Below are positions 1 to 13,130 of a DNA stretch of 64,000 nucleotides, piece after piece (the first letter of the stretch is position 1; every line of letters begins with the position of its first letter). The notes under the pieces were generated by a model. The model was not told where the DNA came from, did not search any database, and saw only the letters and a list, made by a program, of their open reading frames with translations. The translations under genes were made by a program, and so were the position numbers. The stretch comes from Tubiluchus corallicola (taxonomy: Eukaryota; Animalia; Priapulida): NCBI GenBank assembly GCA_030141605.1, contig JAQGDQ010000671.1, positions 51,336 through 115,335 of the forward strand, read 5' to 3'.

Positions 1-1459
1 AACAAATGTGACTGCACGATTTAATTAGATTAACAGGACATATTTTCTTGAGCGAAAGAATAAGAATGAAACGAGTGTCGATAAATACACCAATAACTAC
101 AGAACAGCTAGAATTAAATGTGAGCTTGTATGAACTCAATAAATCTGCGTTGAATAAAATGTTCTTTCTAGTACAATCTATGCTCACCCGATTGCTATTA
201 TCTGGTCACATATTGATTGTTAAGCACAATGAATTACACCAGAGAATGTAATATCCGCCAGTGTATTATTCCACATAACGGATGCTATATTCTCTGATTA
301 CACTAGTCCTTTTACGTTGCTCCACGAGCTACCACGTAATATAACCACAACAACTTGAACAACAACACGGGTCTACAGCTAAATAATAAACAAGTGTAAT
401 CTATTAATTCACAATACAAAATTAACGACAAAAGAAACAGGATTATCTCTGATTAGTGCACTATGCAGACTAGTTTATCTATTTTAGAACCGTCCTTCCT
501 TTCTGTGCCCGATGTTACTCAACACCAATAAGTTCCACACTAAATATGAACAAATGTCTGACATTCCGCCGTGTCCATTAGATAATAGTGTTCCATCAGC
601 AGCAAAACAAGATAGCTGTGTTCCAATAGTTTCACTAACAATTTCACTAAGACGGGTACCACTACACTATCCAGACCATTTCAGGCCTTCATAAGCCACA
701 CTTCCAAGGTATGTCAAGTCCAGAACACCAATAACAATAACAAGTCAGCTGCTCGAGGAGACACAAATACTATCAGCTTAAGGTTTTAGGTAAGGAATGA
801 CGCAGGCCTGAGTAAATTCCCAATATATAACACCTAAGGCATGCGCAAAAAGCTTATTATGGCAAGTATCTGTTAACGTCTCGCGAATATTTAGTTCGAT
901 AATTACTAACATATGACATGATACAATAGAAAACGGAAACAAATTGATTACGCAATGCCGAAAGTATCTACTTGTTTATCATAGGCAACGGGATTATAAA
1001 TAAAATAACAGCCATTAATACACAACATTAATCATTAATCCTAAGTTCACAATAAATTCTGCCATTAAGTGACTGGGGTTCACTAAGTCACAAAAAATAT
1101 ACCCTTATCATACCTACAACTAAGGTGCCTATAATTAGTCTAAGAATGACTGCAGTGGCTTTACTTCGAATTTTTCAAGTTTTTCAGTTACAGGTTTGGA
1201 ATAAAACTGATGCAAGGCTGACATTACCCTGAAGTATAATCACTGATAGTTAAATTAGTGACCGGTTATGAATTTGGTTGCTCTAACGCGTATTTCTATA
1301 TGCTTTATTTATGTAAACCATGAGAGTGGCTACCTTATATACATAATTACCACATGTCACAGTTATTACTATTTCAGTATAATTACTAACAGAGAGTTTT
1401 CTTATATCTCTATATGCTTTATAAGTCTAGTAATCAGACGCGTGCTCCGCATACAGTAT

Positions 1460-4400
1460 TTATTTTTCAGTAGAATTGAAAGTGGGCACGTAAGGTGCAA
1501 ATTCAGTTTGTAATTGAATCATCAGCACGAAGTAGGTAACCACGACGCTCGCGATCTGCAAAAGAGAGAACAGATTATATATGATGCGTAGTAGTATATG
1601 TGACTGGTATGAAGTGTAGATTACTGTAAACGTTCTACAGCGTGGTGTGACGTAAAACCAGAAAAACATTTTGACGAGATCGTTCATGTTCCTTTTAGGA
1701 AAGTTTAAAGCATGTGCCAGAAATTAGCTATTGCTTTCCATCAGTAACAGTTTTGAGAAAAATCTAAATGTTTCTAAAATTCAAATAGGAATGACAGAAA
1801 TGATTACTTTGTAGTAAGTCACTGTTATCCAAACAGTGTTAATGTACTAATTCTGTATAATTATGTGTTATTTTCACGATTAATAGTTCAACAACTCACA
1901 AATCAAAAACCATTTAGAAACTACACGAATGTGTAACCGAGGGAAGGAAATGCTCTGACATCTTGCTAACAATTTTCGATTATTAAATTAACGATGCATG
2001 AGCACAACACGACTGAATGACTTCAGGTCGAAATCCGCGAGCGTAATGCTGCAACCATGTTTACCATTTTATATATAGTCTTACACCTGACTATATCTGA
2101 TCTAGTGTGCTTAACTTATACCAATATCTGTAGATTATTGCGCTTAAGTTTGACTAACTAGTGTGCTCGGTGCCCGTGACTAATTGACACTTTACTGTAC
2201 GTCGTCTAATGCGGCTTACTCTTGTCTAACCGACTTTTTAGATTAGATTAAATGACTTTGTTTTAGCATAAAAAGTCGTATGAAAGCATAAAAAAACATT
2301 ACAGCACACTACAATAAAGTGCTGCAATAAAAGCTACACTAAAATACTACTATTATGCATTATGCAATACGTACAGTAAATAAACATTGATACCTACCAC
2401 GTACAATGATTATTATTTGCAAACAGTCTACTGATCCACATCTTAAAATTATGAAGTTTATCATTCGTACGAAATTGATAATAGTTAGTAGTTTTTTGTT
2501 ATTCCGAAGTTCTATATTCGTTTTCTAATACTATAACAGGGTTTCCTACATAGATGCGTAAAATGTGGCAATGATAATTTTGCACACAGGCAGAAGCACC
2601 ATAATCATATGGTAATTTAAATAGCTTTTTGATTCAGTAACATCTCTATGCACAACGCTATGCGTCAAATTTCTATTATTATGACTTACAATAGAAATTA
2701 CAACAGTACTGAACTTTTAAAAAGATGTGTATAACATCGAGGTAATACAACGAGAATTTTCTAATGTTCGCATTGTCAGAAAAATCAGAAGAAAATACAT
2801 GACTTAAATGTTTTTTTGTGAACTAACAGACTGTTACGATTTGAGGATCAAAGCCGTTTGCCTTAAATTTCACATTTTGGTTCAGTCACGTGCCCTTGAA
2901 TCATCTCAAATTTACTACTGTATGAGCCGTACCCCAGCTGCAAGTTTCATAACTCTGGTTACTATAGTTTTATAGTTACGCATTTTGGTTCCTATGTCAG
3001 GCCTTTAAAAATCCCAGCTTTTAAAAAAATCTATACCCATTTACTTTATAATACCTAAATACTTGTGGATAAAATTTGAACGTTAATAAAGTCCTGGGAT
3101 GATTTGAATAGCATTAAAAAATTGATCGATGTCCAGTGTCCTTAATCCATTGGCTTAGGTCGCTGTTAAGCACAACTTTTAAGTGCTACTACCCCAGGAT
3201 CTAAGTTTCGTGACTCTAGCACTTTGCGAGTTAACATGAATTAAAAAGTGGAAAACTAGATACATAAAATTTTAATATGATGATGAAAAATCAGCATATG
3301 GACGCTCCTACGTCTGGGACGCTAGCGCTCGCGAATAAAAATATTAACTTTTGATCTTTCTAGTAAACTGTTCTCCTGTTTGGCACGAATGTTCTGATAC
3401 AGGCAGTTTGGACACACATAGTTATGTACAATATAAGAGGCCGAACCTAGTATTATTCTCCATTATTTTTCTCACAGGCTGAGCGCTTATCAGATTTGAT
3501 CAACTAGAAATTGACGCTTATCAAAATCAAACAGAATTTTCATTTTTTAGTTAATTTACCGTTAGGCAAAGCGGTCTGGTGATGACAAAATATCTTGCTG
3601 CTGTAAACCCAGATATTCCTGTGGACAATTTCGCTGCAAACAATGATCGTTCAAGTTGTTCAGGTAGAGACAGATCTCGTAAATCGTACAAATATTCTAA
3701 TGGTGCATGAATCTTTAAAGAAAAAGAGTTAAATTCGCGTTAGTCCAACCAGAAAAGTAACGATGTTAATTCTTAATCAAATGCATCGAAAAAGAATTAA
3801 ACCACAGTACAACTATAGCTAGGTAAGTCACCCACTTCGCTAGTTCGCATTTTGCCAGTGTTACATATCGCCAGTGAATCGTACCGATAGTATCGTATTT
3901 CTGGTTTAACGATACACTGACGAAGTACTATATTACACTATTTGTAAAAACCAGCCGCGATATGATACACTGTCGAAATTATAGATTGTTAGAAAAAATA
4001 GGCTGGCGAAATGATAACCGGGTGAAATGATGGCCTCGCAAAATGATACACTGGAGAATTTTGCCCTGGCGAAGTGACATACAATAACAATACAGGCAGG
4101 TATTAGAAGAGTTGATCTTCGAGGGGGTCCCGAAGAGGTTATTGGTTCGAGACCCTGTCGGAAAACAATTTTTTTTTGCAATTTTCTTTGGTGGTTCGAG
4201 TCACTGCTGAGAAACGAACTTTTCGCTTTTTTGACTTGTTTTATTAGTTGCGAGAAGGAAATTAATTTTACCTAGGATAATTAATTTATGTAAATCGAAA
4301 TTCCATACTTACTCATAATAAAAAGTTAGTTAAAATTACGTAATGATTATCCACTATGAATATTAACATTTAATATCACTTAATATGATGAAAATTGTAT

Positions 4401-5485
4401 ACCTTTTCGTGAATAGAGGCTCCGATTCGAGTTATAATCATAAGCATGCTCGACACAATCGATAGCATCGCCAGAAATGAAACTACAAAAGAATATGGTT
4501 GCTTCATCTTCCCTATAATGAACATTATCATGTAGACGTAGCACAAAATACTAACAATGCTAAAGAAGAACGTGACGAAAAACTGATACGAAAAAGTCTT
4601 GTCACCAGCACCTACCAACCGACACAAGGTCTGATGGCGCAGTCTGATGGATTTTATTATATGCCATTCGGATTTCGCAGAATTATCCAGTGAACCTATT
4701 GTTTCTTCTCTCAGACGTTCTGATTTCAGACGATTTGTGAGGATTTCAAATTCTTTCTCCAATTGCTGTGCAATTATCCAGAAGAGCGCCACAGAGAGCA
4801 AAGCATAGACAACCGGTAAAGAATTGATAAAGACCATAACAACTGCACACGTTCTCGCTATTATTTCAGAAAACGTCTTAATGGGAAAGGGCCGAGAAAG
4901 AAAGAATAATATTTCTTCATTGTCAGTATTAAACAGTATCTGGCTGGCGAATACCATCACCATAAAAAATCCAATTGCAAGGGCAGCAAAGCAAATAACT
5001 CCTTGCAGAGTCTCTTTTTTCGCCTTTTTCCGATCACGCCGTATAACATCAGATACTTTGAAATAAAGCTCCATGAATTCTATCGTGTTTGGCAAATTCC
5101 AAACCCAAATGGTAGTATTCATTGCTCCCATCATTGTAACCGGCATGAAACTGGCAATTGACATTGAATGCTCAAAACTATAAGTTGTATTCCAGCCATT
5201 TATTAATGTCGCCATAAAATGGATGACGGTAATCCAGAGAAAAGCAATAACGAGCAATGAACGCCCATAAAGCAAACTCACTCTTTTCAACTTCATTTGA
5301 AAGACCGTCTCTTTCGCTGTTTTCACTGTAATCGGCCATAGTCCAAAAATTTTTAACAGGAACAGAACGGGATAAACTGTGTCGATGAAGGCTTCGAAAC
5401 TCAGGTTTTGCTTTGTTGAGTCACTTTTCTTTTGCATGTTTGAAATGATCATCTCTCGACTTGGCTTAACCACCGCCGTCCTCAT
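1460..5485 (-). CDS. Gustatory receptor-like (7tm_7 / GRL) chemoreceptor, copy 1, 3 exons, 443 aa
   Basis: Exons 5485-4403 (361 codons, ends HEK|gtatac), 3712-3560 (IHAPLEYLYD...GFTAARYFVITRPLCLT|gtaaat) and 1555-1460 (IASVVVTYFVLMIQLQ...STEK*). All junctions are GT-AG and phase 0. The protein has multiple hydrophobic helices, an N-terminal IFGLWP, and the GR-family C-terminal signature GFTAxxxFxIxR...TYhhhhhQ[F/L]. Confidence 0.9.
3822..4082. mobile_element. MITE-like element with internally repetitive inverted ends (tttcgccagt subrepeats) in intron 1 of GRL copy 1
   Basis: The left end gtaagtcacccacttcgctag is an approximate reverse complement of the right end ctggcgaagtgacatac. The same right end recurs at 47517-47535. 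Confidence 0.55.
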
Positions 5486-6715
5486 CGTGACAAGAAAAAA
5501 GGTTCCGGTTAAAATGATATTCGGATTTCAAATCCAAGCCGCAAATCAACGATGGCCGAATTCTAGCTTTTAGTAACCCAACATTCATCTAGGCTCTCTG
5601 AGTCAACCGCTAGTAACTATCCCCGAATATAATAGATTTAATTTCGTCACTTAAAAAATCGGACAGATTGCATTAGTCACATTAAAATTTAATATTTTAA
5701 ACTTGTAAATCCAATGTTAGCTTTAGGAACTATTTTTTTGAGATTTGAGAGCTCAGGCTGAGACTCCAAATTCAAGGTTTTAATTTCTTCCTGTGTGTTT
5801 TGAAACAAGATTTATTGTGCAAATATGAAACTTTACATTCCAGTGCGCTATAACTTTACGACATTCGAATTCTAAATCCAGCGCTATAACTACTTAAATT
5901 TTCACTCAGTCTGGTCTTTTCTATTCATCAGCTCAAGTAACTATTTTCAATTATACACAGCCGATTCCTCAGCATCACTAATGCACACCGCCTTGGCTAT
6001 TCTTCAGTTGTCTTCTAGATAACGATCCTTCGTGTTGCCTCAGATGGTGGCTAGCAAGCTGTACAATTTGGATGAAAGAGTCTCTCCCTGTAAGGCTTTC
6101 AGGTAGGCCTATTACTAAACCTGTCACTCTTTATGAGATAACAAATATAATATATTACCTAACAAATAGCACGAACGCACTTCGCTTTCAAAATAATGGG
6201 CGTTGGTTAAACATCAAAATATGACTCTACGGGCCGGTCTATGCAAATGGAAACGCAAAGATTGTTATTTAGAAATATGCTGCTTTCATTGTTGAGTAAG
6301 CATAATGGGGGTTATTATTATATTGCCTGCAGTTTCATAACTAACTATTCAAATAACGTTCAATTAGGCAAAGGCCATTAGCAATTAGCAACACATATAT
6401 TGTTTGACTAAGAAATTTGAGGTGTATTGAAGCACTCCCTGATAAGGTCATGGAAAAAGGCAATTTTGTTGTCGACGTGACAGTTAATGCCATTTAATGT
6501 CTCGTGTTCTAAAAAGATCTAAATTTGGTCTCGCTAAAACGTTGAACATATTATTATGTTGTGACCCATTTAATTTTAATTTATTTCGTTCTTGTGTCTT
6601 GTAACAGCGTAATAGTGCTTGTCGCTGTATGTTCTACCTTGCTTATTCTTTTTAAAATATTTATATTTTGTATTTTTATTTACTGTAATTTTAGTTGTAA
6701 TGATGATAAATAAAC

Positions 6716-6982
<267 letters not shown>

Positions 6983-7849
6983 TATGCAGAAGCTCTTAGA
7001 GAAAAAATAATCTTACTTGTAATATTTTATCACGTACTACAAAAGTTGGCATAGAAACATAATTACATGAACAGTTATTTGAAAATAGGCTAATGGCTGA
7101 AATATTATAATAGTTTTTCACCGAAAAAGTTTTTCACCGAATTAGCTTTAAGAACGATAAAATCTACCGAAGTTGCAGTAGTAAGTGAAGCTTATGTCGC
7201 ACCACATTACATCACATTTCCTGAATTTTGCTTTTTAACATTAATCCTGTGAAATAGTTTTAAATCATCCTGAGCTTCAGTATTATGGATATTAAAGCAG
7301 GCAAACAAATGCCATGTTCCAAAATGCAAAATTAACACATTTAAACATTTTATCAAATATTATGGTACCATCGAATGGAAAACTATCACAAATTCTATAA
7401 AATCCCCTGAAACATTTAAAGGTCAAAACGAACAAGTGATTATTTTATATGTTTTTAAGCTACGTCAACGATAATAACGAAACCAGTTACATCATTTTAT
7501 CGGGTGGCGCGAGAAAAAACGTCCTGAAGCTTAGACTACACTAATATTAAAAGCAACTGCCCTACAAAATAAAATTTCACAGGGTGTTGTTATAATACAA
7601 TAGGTATGACTATGAAAGTTACAGGTTTATAATTTCAGTGGTTCTTAAGTTATGGCTAAACAAACTTTTGCATATTAAAAAATTAAATGCCAGGATAATG
7701 GCTGTGATAATCACTAAATGAAAAACAGCCGCGTTGACGCATAAAGCATTCAATACTTGGCAGCAAAACAATGAAGAAATCAACCAGTTTATATCATGGC
7801 CTTCAGTACAGAAAATAAGGCACTGGTAGAGATTTTTTGCCAAGAAAAA

Positions 7850-8322
7850 TGGACAATCCTCTAGATTTCGGTGTCTGGAATTCTCTTAAAGAGAAAGTGT
7901 ACAATGGCCGTTAAAGCCGTTTGATGCAAAGGAACTAAAGGCAAAAATTGTTGAGTGCTTTGACCAAATACCACATAAGGAAGTGAGAAACTGTGTCAGC
8001 TGTTGGAAGAAATGTGCCTTCGTATAGTTTGCAGCGAAATCGGTGAACACATACAACAATTGCTTTAAATTTTACCATAATCAAATGTTCGGTACATTTT
8101 TCGATATGATATATTGCAACAATAATATAACTCAAAAATATAAATTAGAACCACTCTGCTACCCAGGCGGTTATCATCCGATCCGTTCGTGAACCAGGTT
8201 ATGGATTTCACCTCAACACTTGCACGGGAACATGCAGCAAAACTGCTTTTGCGCAAAATTATTTTTTTATATTCGTGACGCTTTTAAATCGCACTTTTTA
8301 ATTACAGTGGCTTGACCCTACA
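7850..8322 (+). mobile_element. Tc1/mariner-superfamily transposase C-terminal remnant
   Basis: With a frameshift it translates as NPLDFGVWNSLKEKVYNGR / FDAKELKAKIVECFDQIPHKEVRNCVSCWKK, resembling the (SPDL)NPxDxxxWxxLKxxVY motif of Tc1/mariner transposases. A TIR-like end gtggcttgaccctac lies near 8320. Confidence 0.65.
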
Positions 8323-8429
8323 GAAACTAGTCAAGATTCTAGAAGTATGTATATATATAAAATAATTTAAACGTATCTTATGCTTCGATTTTTGAGGGGG
8401 CAATTCTACTTTATAGGTGTTTAGTTGTG

Positions 8430-8791
8430 GCGTAGCGCACACGTTCCAGAACTTATGCGTGTGGACGACGTTAAACTTGAAATTAGAATTTTCAACTTAA
8501 AACTTTCCAAGTTTTTGTGTATCACGCTGAATGTTGTACAGTAACACTGTACTTCCAATTTTCGCTTTTGCAAACACATGTTTCCACGCTCATGGAATGT
8601 TTGTGGTGTTGAAAATTATGTTCACTTGAGACGTCATTACTATCTGGACTCGCCTGTCGTTAATTAAGTTTCTAACTTAACTACCTGTTATTTAATCATC
8701 AAAACGCTTTCGTTTTATTATAGCTATTAACATGCGTACTTTCCTGTTCAAAATAGAACAGGACATGAAAAATCATCCTGTTTTTCTTTAA
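8430..8791 (+). mobile_element. Partial copy of TTAA-terminated non-autonomous DNA transposon family 1 (Kolobok-like)
   Basis: Co-linear with 57600-57913 (cactgtactt...aaaattatgtt...tggactcgcc...gttaattaagttt...aaaatcatc...tttaa). Confidence 0.6.
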
Positions 8792-9392
8792 ACACGGTGG
8801 AACACAAAATTTAAAATTAAAAATTAAATACGAACGCAGGAATTAAACCATTAAATGTAATTTTTCTTTAAGTATTGATTTGACAATAAGCTACAATGAG
8901 TTAAACTACTAACTAAGCCATTTTTATTCCACATGCACACAGGATCAGGTAAAAATGCATAAAGATGAAAAACACCAAAAATAGGATACAGCTATACGTA
9001 ATCACTACGTATGAGACAGTTCGTGTTATAACGCTTTAAGCCATTAATAACACTCAGTTGATGATTCACCTCGTATTTTACAGTTTCTCAATCAAAATTC
9101 CACTTAATGTAGCCAAAGATATATTTTCTTTAGATGTTTTTGCAAGGATAGTTATGAAATTCGTCATTGACAAATGGTCGTAGTGACAGAATGAGACACG
9201 GAATAAAAACTGCGAAATATATTTTTGCAAATAAATTGCCGTGAGTTGCGATACATTTCATGTTAATCCGGAGCCATTGAAATGTTGCAGGCTGCACTTT
9301 TTTGTCTACTATGTTAAAAGAAAATCAAGTTTTTGTCTTTATGCAGTACATAACATTCTTAGTTAAAGTGAGTACTGAAGCACTCAATCGTG

Positions 9393-10419
9393 TCACCCTA
9401 TGGTTGTGTTAAAAGGTCCCAGAATACTGGGTGCAAAGTCAACGTGGAACTGAACCATCAACACAAAGTATGTAGCCACCACGCTCAGAATCTGCAAAGA
9501 AAAAAGATTGTTAACTAGATTATCTAGCTCGCAGCAGCAAATACCGCAAAGCATTTTTATCTGTATTCGTGTTATTATTACAATGATAAACTGTACTTGG
9601 CTGTGCTGTTTTGGTACTCCTCCGTTAACTGTAGCCATTGGTTGCCATTATACCCAGTATAGGCTCAGCCTTTTGCTACAACTCTATAAGGTAAATAATA
9701 GTGAAACACTTATTTGCAAAGATTCCACAAGTTGCTTTTTACGATGCAAGCTTAAATTTCACACCCCTGCTTCAACTTTCTTACCAAATGATTCAAAATC
9801 TACTGGTGATTTTTGTGTGATCATGAAGGACAGCAAAATGCAAGAACGTTATTTTTGCCCAAGAATAATCATTTTGCAACAGAAATGGCCTGAAAAGTCT
9901 CTAAAATTTGTTTCGATAATAATAAAACATCAGATAGATGTGCAAAGTTTGCACTGTTCCTTGAAAGGCATTATTGTAGCGGGCATTTACGAAGCGTGCA
10001 TAGGTGCATGTACTCTTATATACTTCTCAAGTTTCAATATATTTATGTATAATCATGCATATTTTCAGTTTCTATACCTTTGTGTAGTTATCGTGAACAG
10101 TAGGCTCACAGACTATCGATTCATACTTGTTTAATACTGAAAACGGAAAGAAATTCAAAATGTATTTCAAAAAGCTACTTACGCATTGCAGTTTCACTTG
10201 GAAGAGTACTAGATGCAAGCAAAGAAAGTTTCCGATAGTATACTTACCGTTAGAGACAGTGGTCGTGATATAGTGAAAAATCTTGCTGCTGTGAAGCCGG
10301 TAGTACCAGTTGATAATTTTGAAATGAATATGCATCGTTCGAATTGCTCAGAAAGAGAGAAGTTTTGTAAATCATGTAGATACTCTAAAGGTGCGTGAAT
10401 CTATAAAAATCAAAGTATA

Positions 10420-10471
<52 letters not shown>

Positions 10472-12072
10472 GAATATAACGAATGTTAGTTGTAAGAAAA
10501 TAGGAATATACTAAATCTTGAGTCTTGCATTAAGAGAACTGCAGCGTACAGATCATTCTGGACTGTTCTGTACGGCAAACCTTATCAATGGCAAATGTAA
10601 TCCATTTTGAAATCACTTTCAAGACGTCGTTCACATGGCACCCACAAAACGTTTCACCAAACCATCTCGAAAGTAGTTAGAAGCCGTTTTCGAACCGTTT
10701 TGCACCGAAATCATTTCAGTGTCGTGACGTCAGAAATGCAACGTATTTTCGGTTTGTTTTGAAACGGTTTGTCCAGTGATCATGTAAACACAGAAATAGT
10801 TTGAGGAAAACGCTTTGAAATCGTTCGAAAAGGGTGTTGTACTTGACGTGTGAAAGGCTCTACTTCCCAGGTTGGTTTGAAAACGGTATGAGAGGAATCG
10901 GTTTTGAGCTGGAGGTGAATTAATACTTAATATCTGAAAATTTTAAAAATTAAAAGTACCTTTTCATGAACTGCTGCTCCGCTTTGCGTGATTGCCAAAA
11001 GAATGGTCAACAACGCAATCAACATGACAATTGCCATCAAAACAAACGAAAGTACTCTGTCGAATTTTCCCATTGCAAAAAGTGCCACATAAATATAGCC
11101 AAATGCACTAAGAATGCACAAAATATAGGTTGCAAAGAATCCGTGGGAAATGATGGTATCTGCCATGACAACAAGGCGGCACAGTTTTTGATGTTGCAAT
11201 CGAAGAGCCTTTATACTAAATTGTTCTTCGATTAAGGATCCCACAAAAGAATTCTGCTCTTGTCTGGATACCTCCTCCTGCAGACATCTTGTGACCAAGT
11301 CAAATTCCTTTCCCAGTTGTCTAGTAATGAATTTGAAAACAGTGACCGGCAGGAACACATACGTGGTAACCAATCCATGGACCATAACCATGATAATAAG
11401 ACAAAGGCGCGCCGTTGGCCTACTGTAATTATGTATGTCAAAGGGAAATGCTAATAAGAAGGCGATATTTTGATCCCCGGTTCCAAATAACATTTGACTT
11501 GACAAGCACAAAAAAGTTAAACAGAAGAATATTAACAATGCAAAGCCAAGAACGGCTTGACGGGCATCTGCTTTAATTTTGCCTGGCTGGCGTTTTTCAA
11601 TTTCTGATACCTTGTAGAATAAATCCAGAAATTGGACCACTTTTGATACATTTAGAAAAAGCATTGTAAAGTTTAATGCTCCCAAGAAAGACGTGGGCAG
11701 AAAAGAGGCGAGAGTCAAAAAGTGCTCGAAACGAATGGTGCTGTACCCAAGGATCAACGAGGTAGCAAAGGCAATACTATCTATCCACACAAATCCAAGA
11801 AGAAATACAGAATGTGCAAATCGTAAACTTTTTCTTTTATAGGTCCACGTAAACTCGCAATCAAGGTCTGTTTTTTCTGCGTATACCGGCCATAACCCAA
11901 AAATAATGAGTAATTTTACTATCGGTGCATATATACCATGCAATCCTTTGGTCTTTTTTATTACCTGCCGACCACCCACTGCATTGTGTTTTCGATTACT
12001 GATAACAGATGGTAGGTAAGTGTCTTTATCAAAGGCGGCGTGTTCTTGCTTCATTTTTCTCAGCTTTAACAT
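9393..12072 (-). CDS. Gustatory receptor-like (7tm_7 / GRL) chemoreceptor, copy 2, 3 exons, 454 aa
   Basis: Exons 12072-10960 (ends HEK|gtactt), 10400-10248 (IHAPLEYLHD...GFTAARFFTISRPLSLT|gtaagt) and 9491-9393 (ILSVVATYFVLMVQFH...TTIG*). Intron positions, phases and the 153-nt middle exon match copy 1, and it has a canonical TYhhhhhQF motif. The start could instead be the ATG at 12054. Confidence 0.9.
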
Positions 12073-12376
12073 CAAGCTGTATGCAACAAAAGTAGCATAA
12101 AAGTTTTGAAAAGATATCGAAGGCTGGTTTGACCACGAAGTGTATATTTAAACCTTAAACAGTAAGTTAATTATTCTTTTTCCTGTTGGTTGCATCTGTT
12201 GCCGTCATTGAAATTACCTGATAAATCAGTAACACTTCTTCGAATACCTGTCTTCTCTTTTTTTTCGCTATCGGCACACTGTCAAACAATTTCCGTGTCA
12301 AAATGCTTTTACGGATTGCGTTCGCTTTCCCTAATGCGAATAGGCTATGACAAATAACTGCAACGCACAAACAGTT

Positions 12377-13130
12377 TTACCACACAAATATTCCCCCACA
12401 GTGCATTATATACTTTGCAGCACTATTACTGGCTTTATTTGAGATATTGTTTCTGTAGAAATCGTACATAACAGAACAAAAGGAAGAGTCAAATATGTTT
12501 GGCAGCCTCATTTGAAAGGTTTGGTAAGCTAATGGATGTTCGGATGTAGCAGCATAGCATTTTAAGCTTTTGACCTGGTAAATCGAACCTGTCACCCTCA
12601 TGATGGGCAGATTGAATGAGGAAGATATTTATATTTATAGTAATGTAAAACCATGATGCCGTCAGGTATTGCCAAAAAGTTCAATTCGACTGCAAGGTTT
12701 AAAAGATATGTCAACAAGATGACGCAAAAACTACCAAAGAAGGCTATCAAACGTATGAGACGGTTAAAATACCAAGACTCAAACAACGAAAACGACAAAT
12801 GACTCAAATGTTTGAAAGGGGATCTTGACTTGGCTTCAAGTTGGACCGAGACTAATGCCTGCCATAAATTCCGATCTTAGATGGGAGAAGTGTCTTATAG
12901 GACATTGTGCGAACGTTTAGAAAATAGCGGGATGCATGTATCGTGCTCGTATAACTGTCGTTACAATTCCACCAAGCGCAGAATATTGCTGTCGCATTTG
13001 CCACCATGGTGCCTCAGCTGTTCCTTAGCCCACTTAATACACTGCAAAATCGTATTGTTAATCTGTGTGGGTTTGGCTTGGGGGTACATTCAGTAGTTCG
13101 TGCTTGCTCATCCACCATTTGCTTCATTTA
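12377..13130 (-). pseudogene. Possible decayed BTB-BACK-PHR (BTBD1/2/3/6-like) gene fragment
   Basis: Minus-strand pieces broken by stops and frameshifts: HELLNVP / TILQCIKWAKEQLRHHGGKCDSNILRL..*RQLY...IPLF (BACK-like), then SPFKH...SWYFNRLIRLIAF and VMYDFYRNNISNKASNS (PHR-like). Similarity is weak and judged by eye. Confidence 0.3.

Noticed and set aside
1-1130. Possible LTR-like sequence at the window start
   Set aside because: Only a compositional impression; no PPT, PBS, terminal motif or second copy could be identified.
4100-4230. tRNA-like B-boxes (GGTTCGA) here and at about 24670 and 62304
   Set aside because: No complete cloverleaf could be folded; at best these are SINE-derived, so they are not called as tRNA genes.
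9508-10134. 208-aa plus-strand ORF
   Set aside because: It is antisense within intron 2 of GRL copy 2, has a non-ATG start and shows no recognisable motif.
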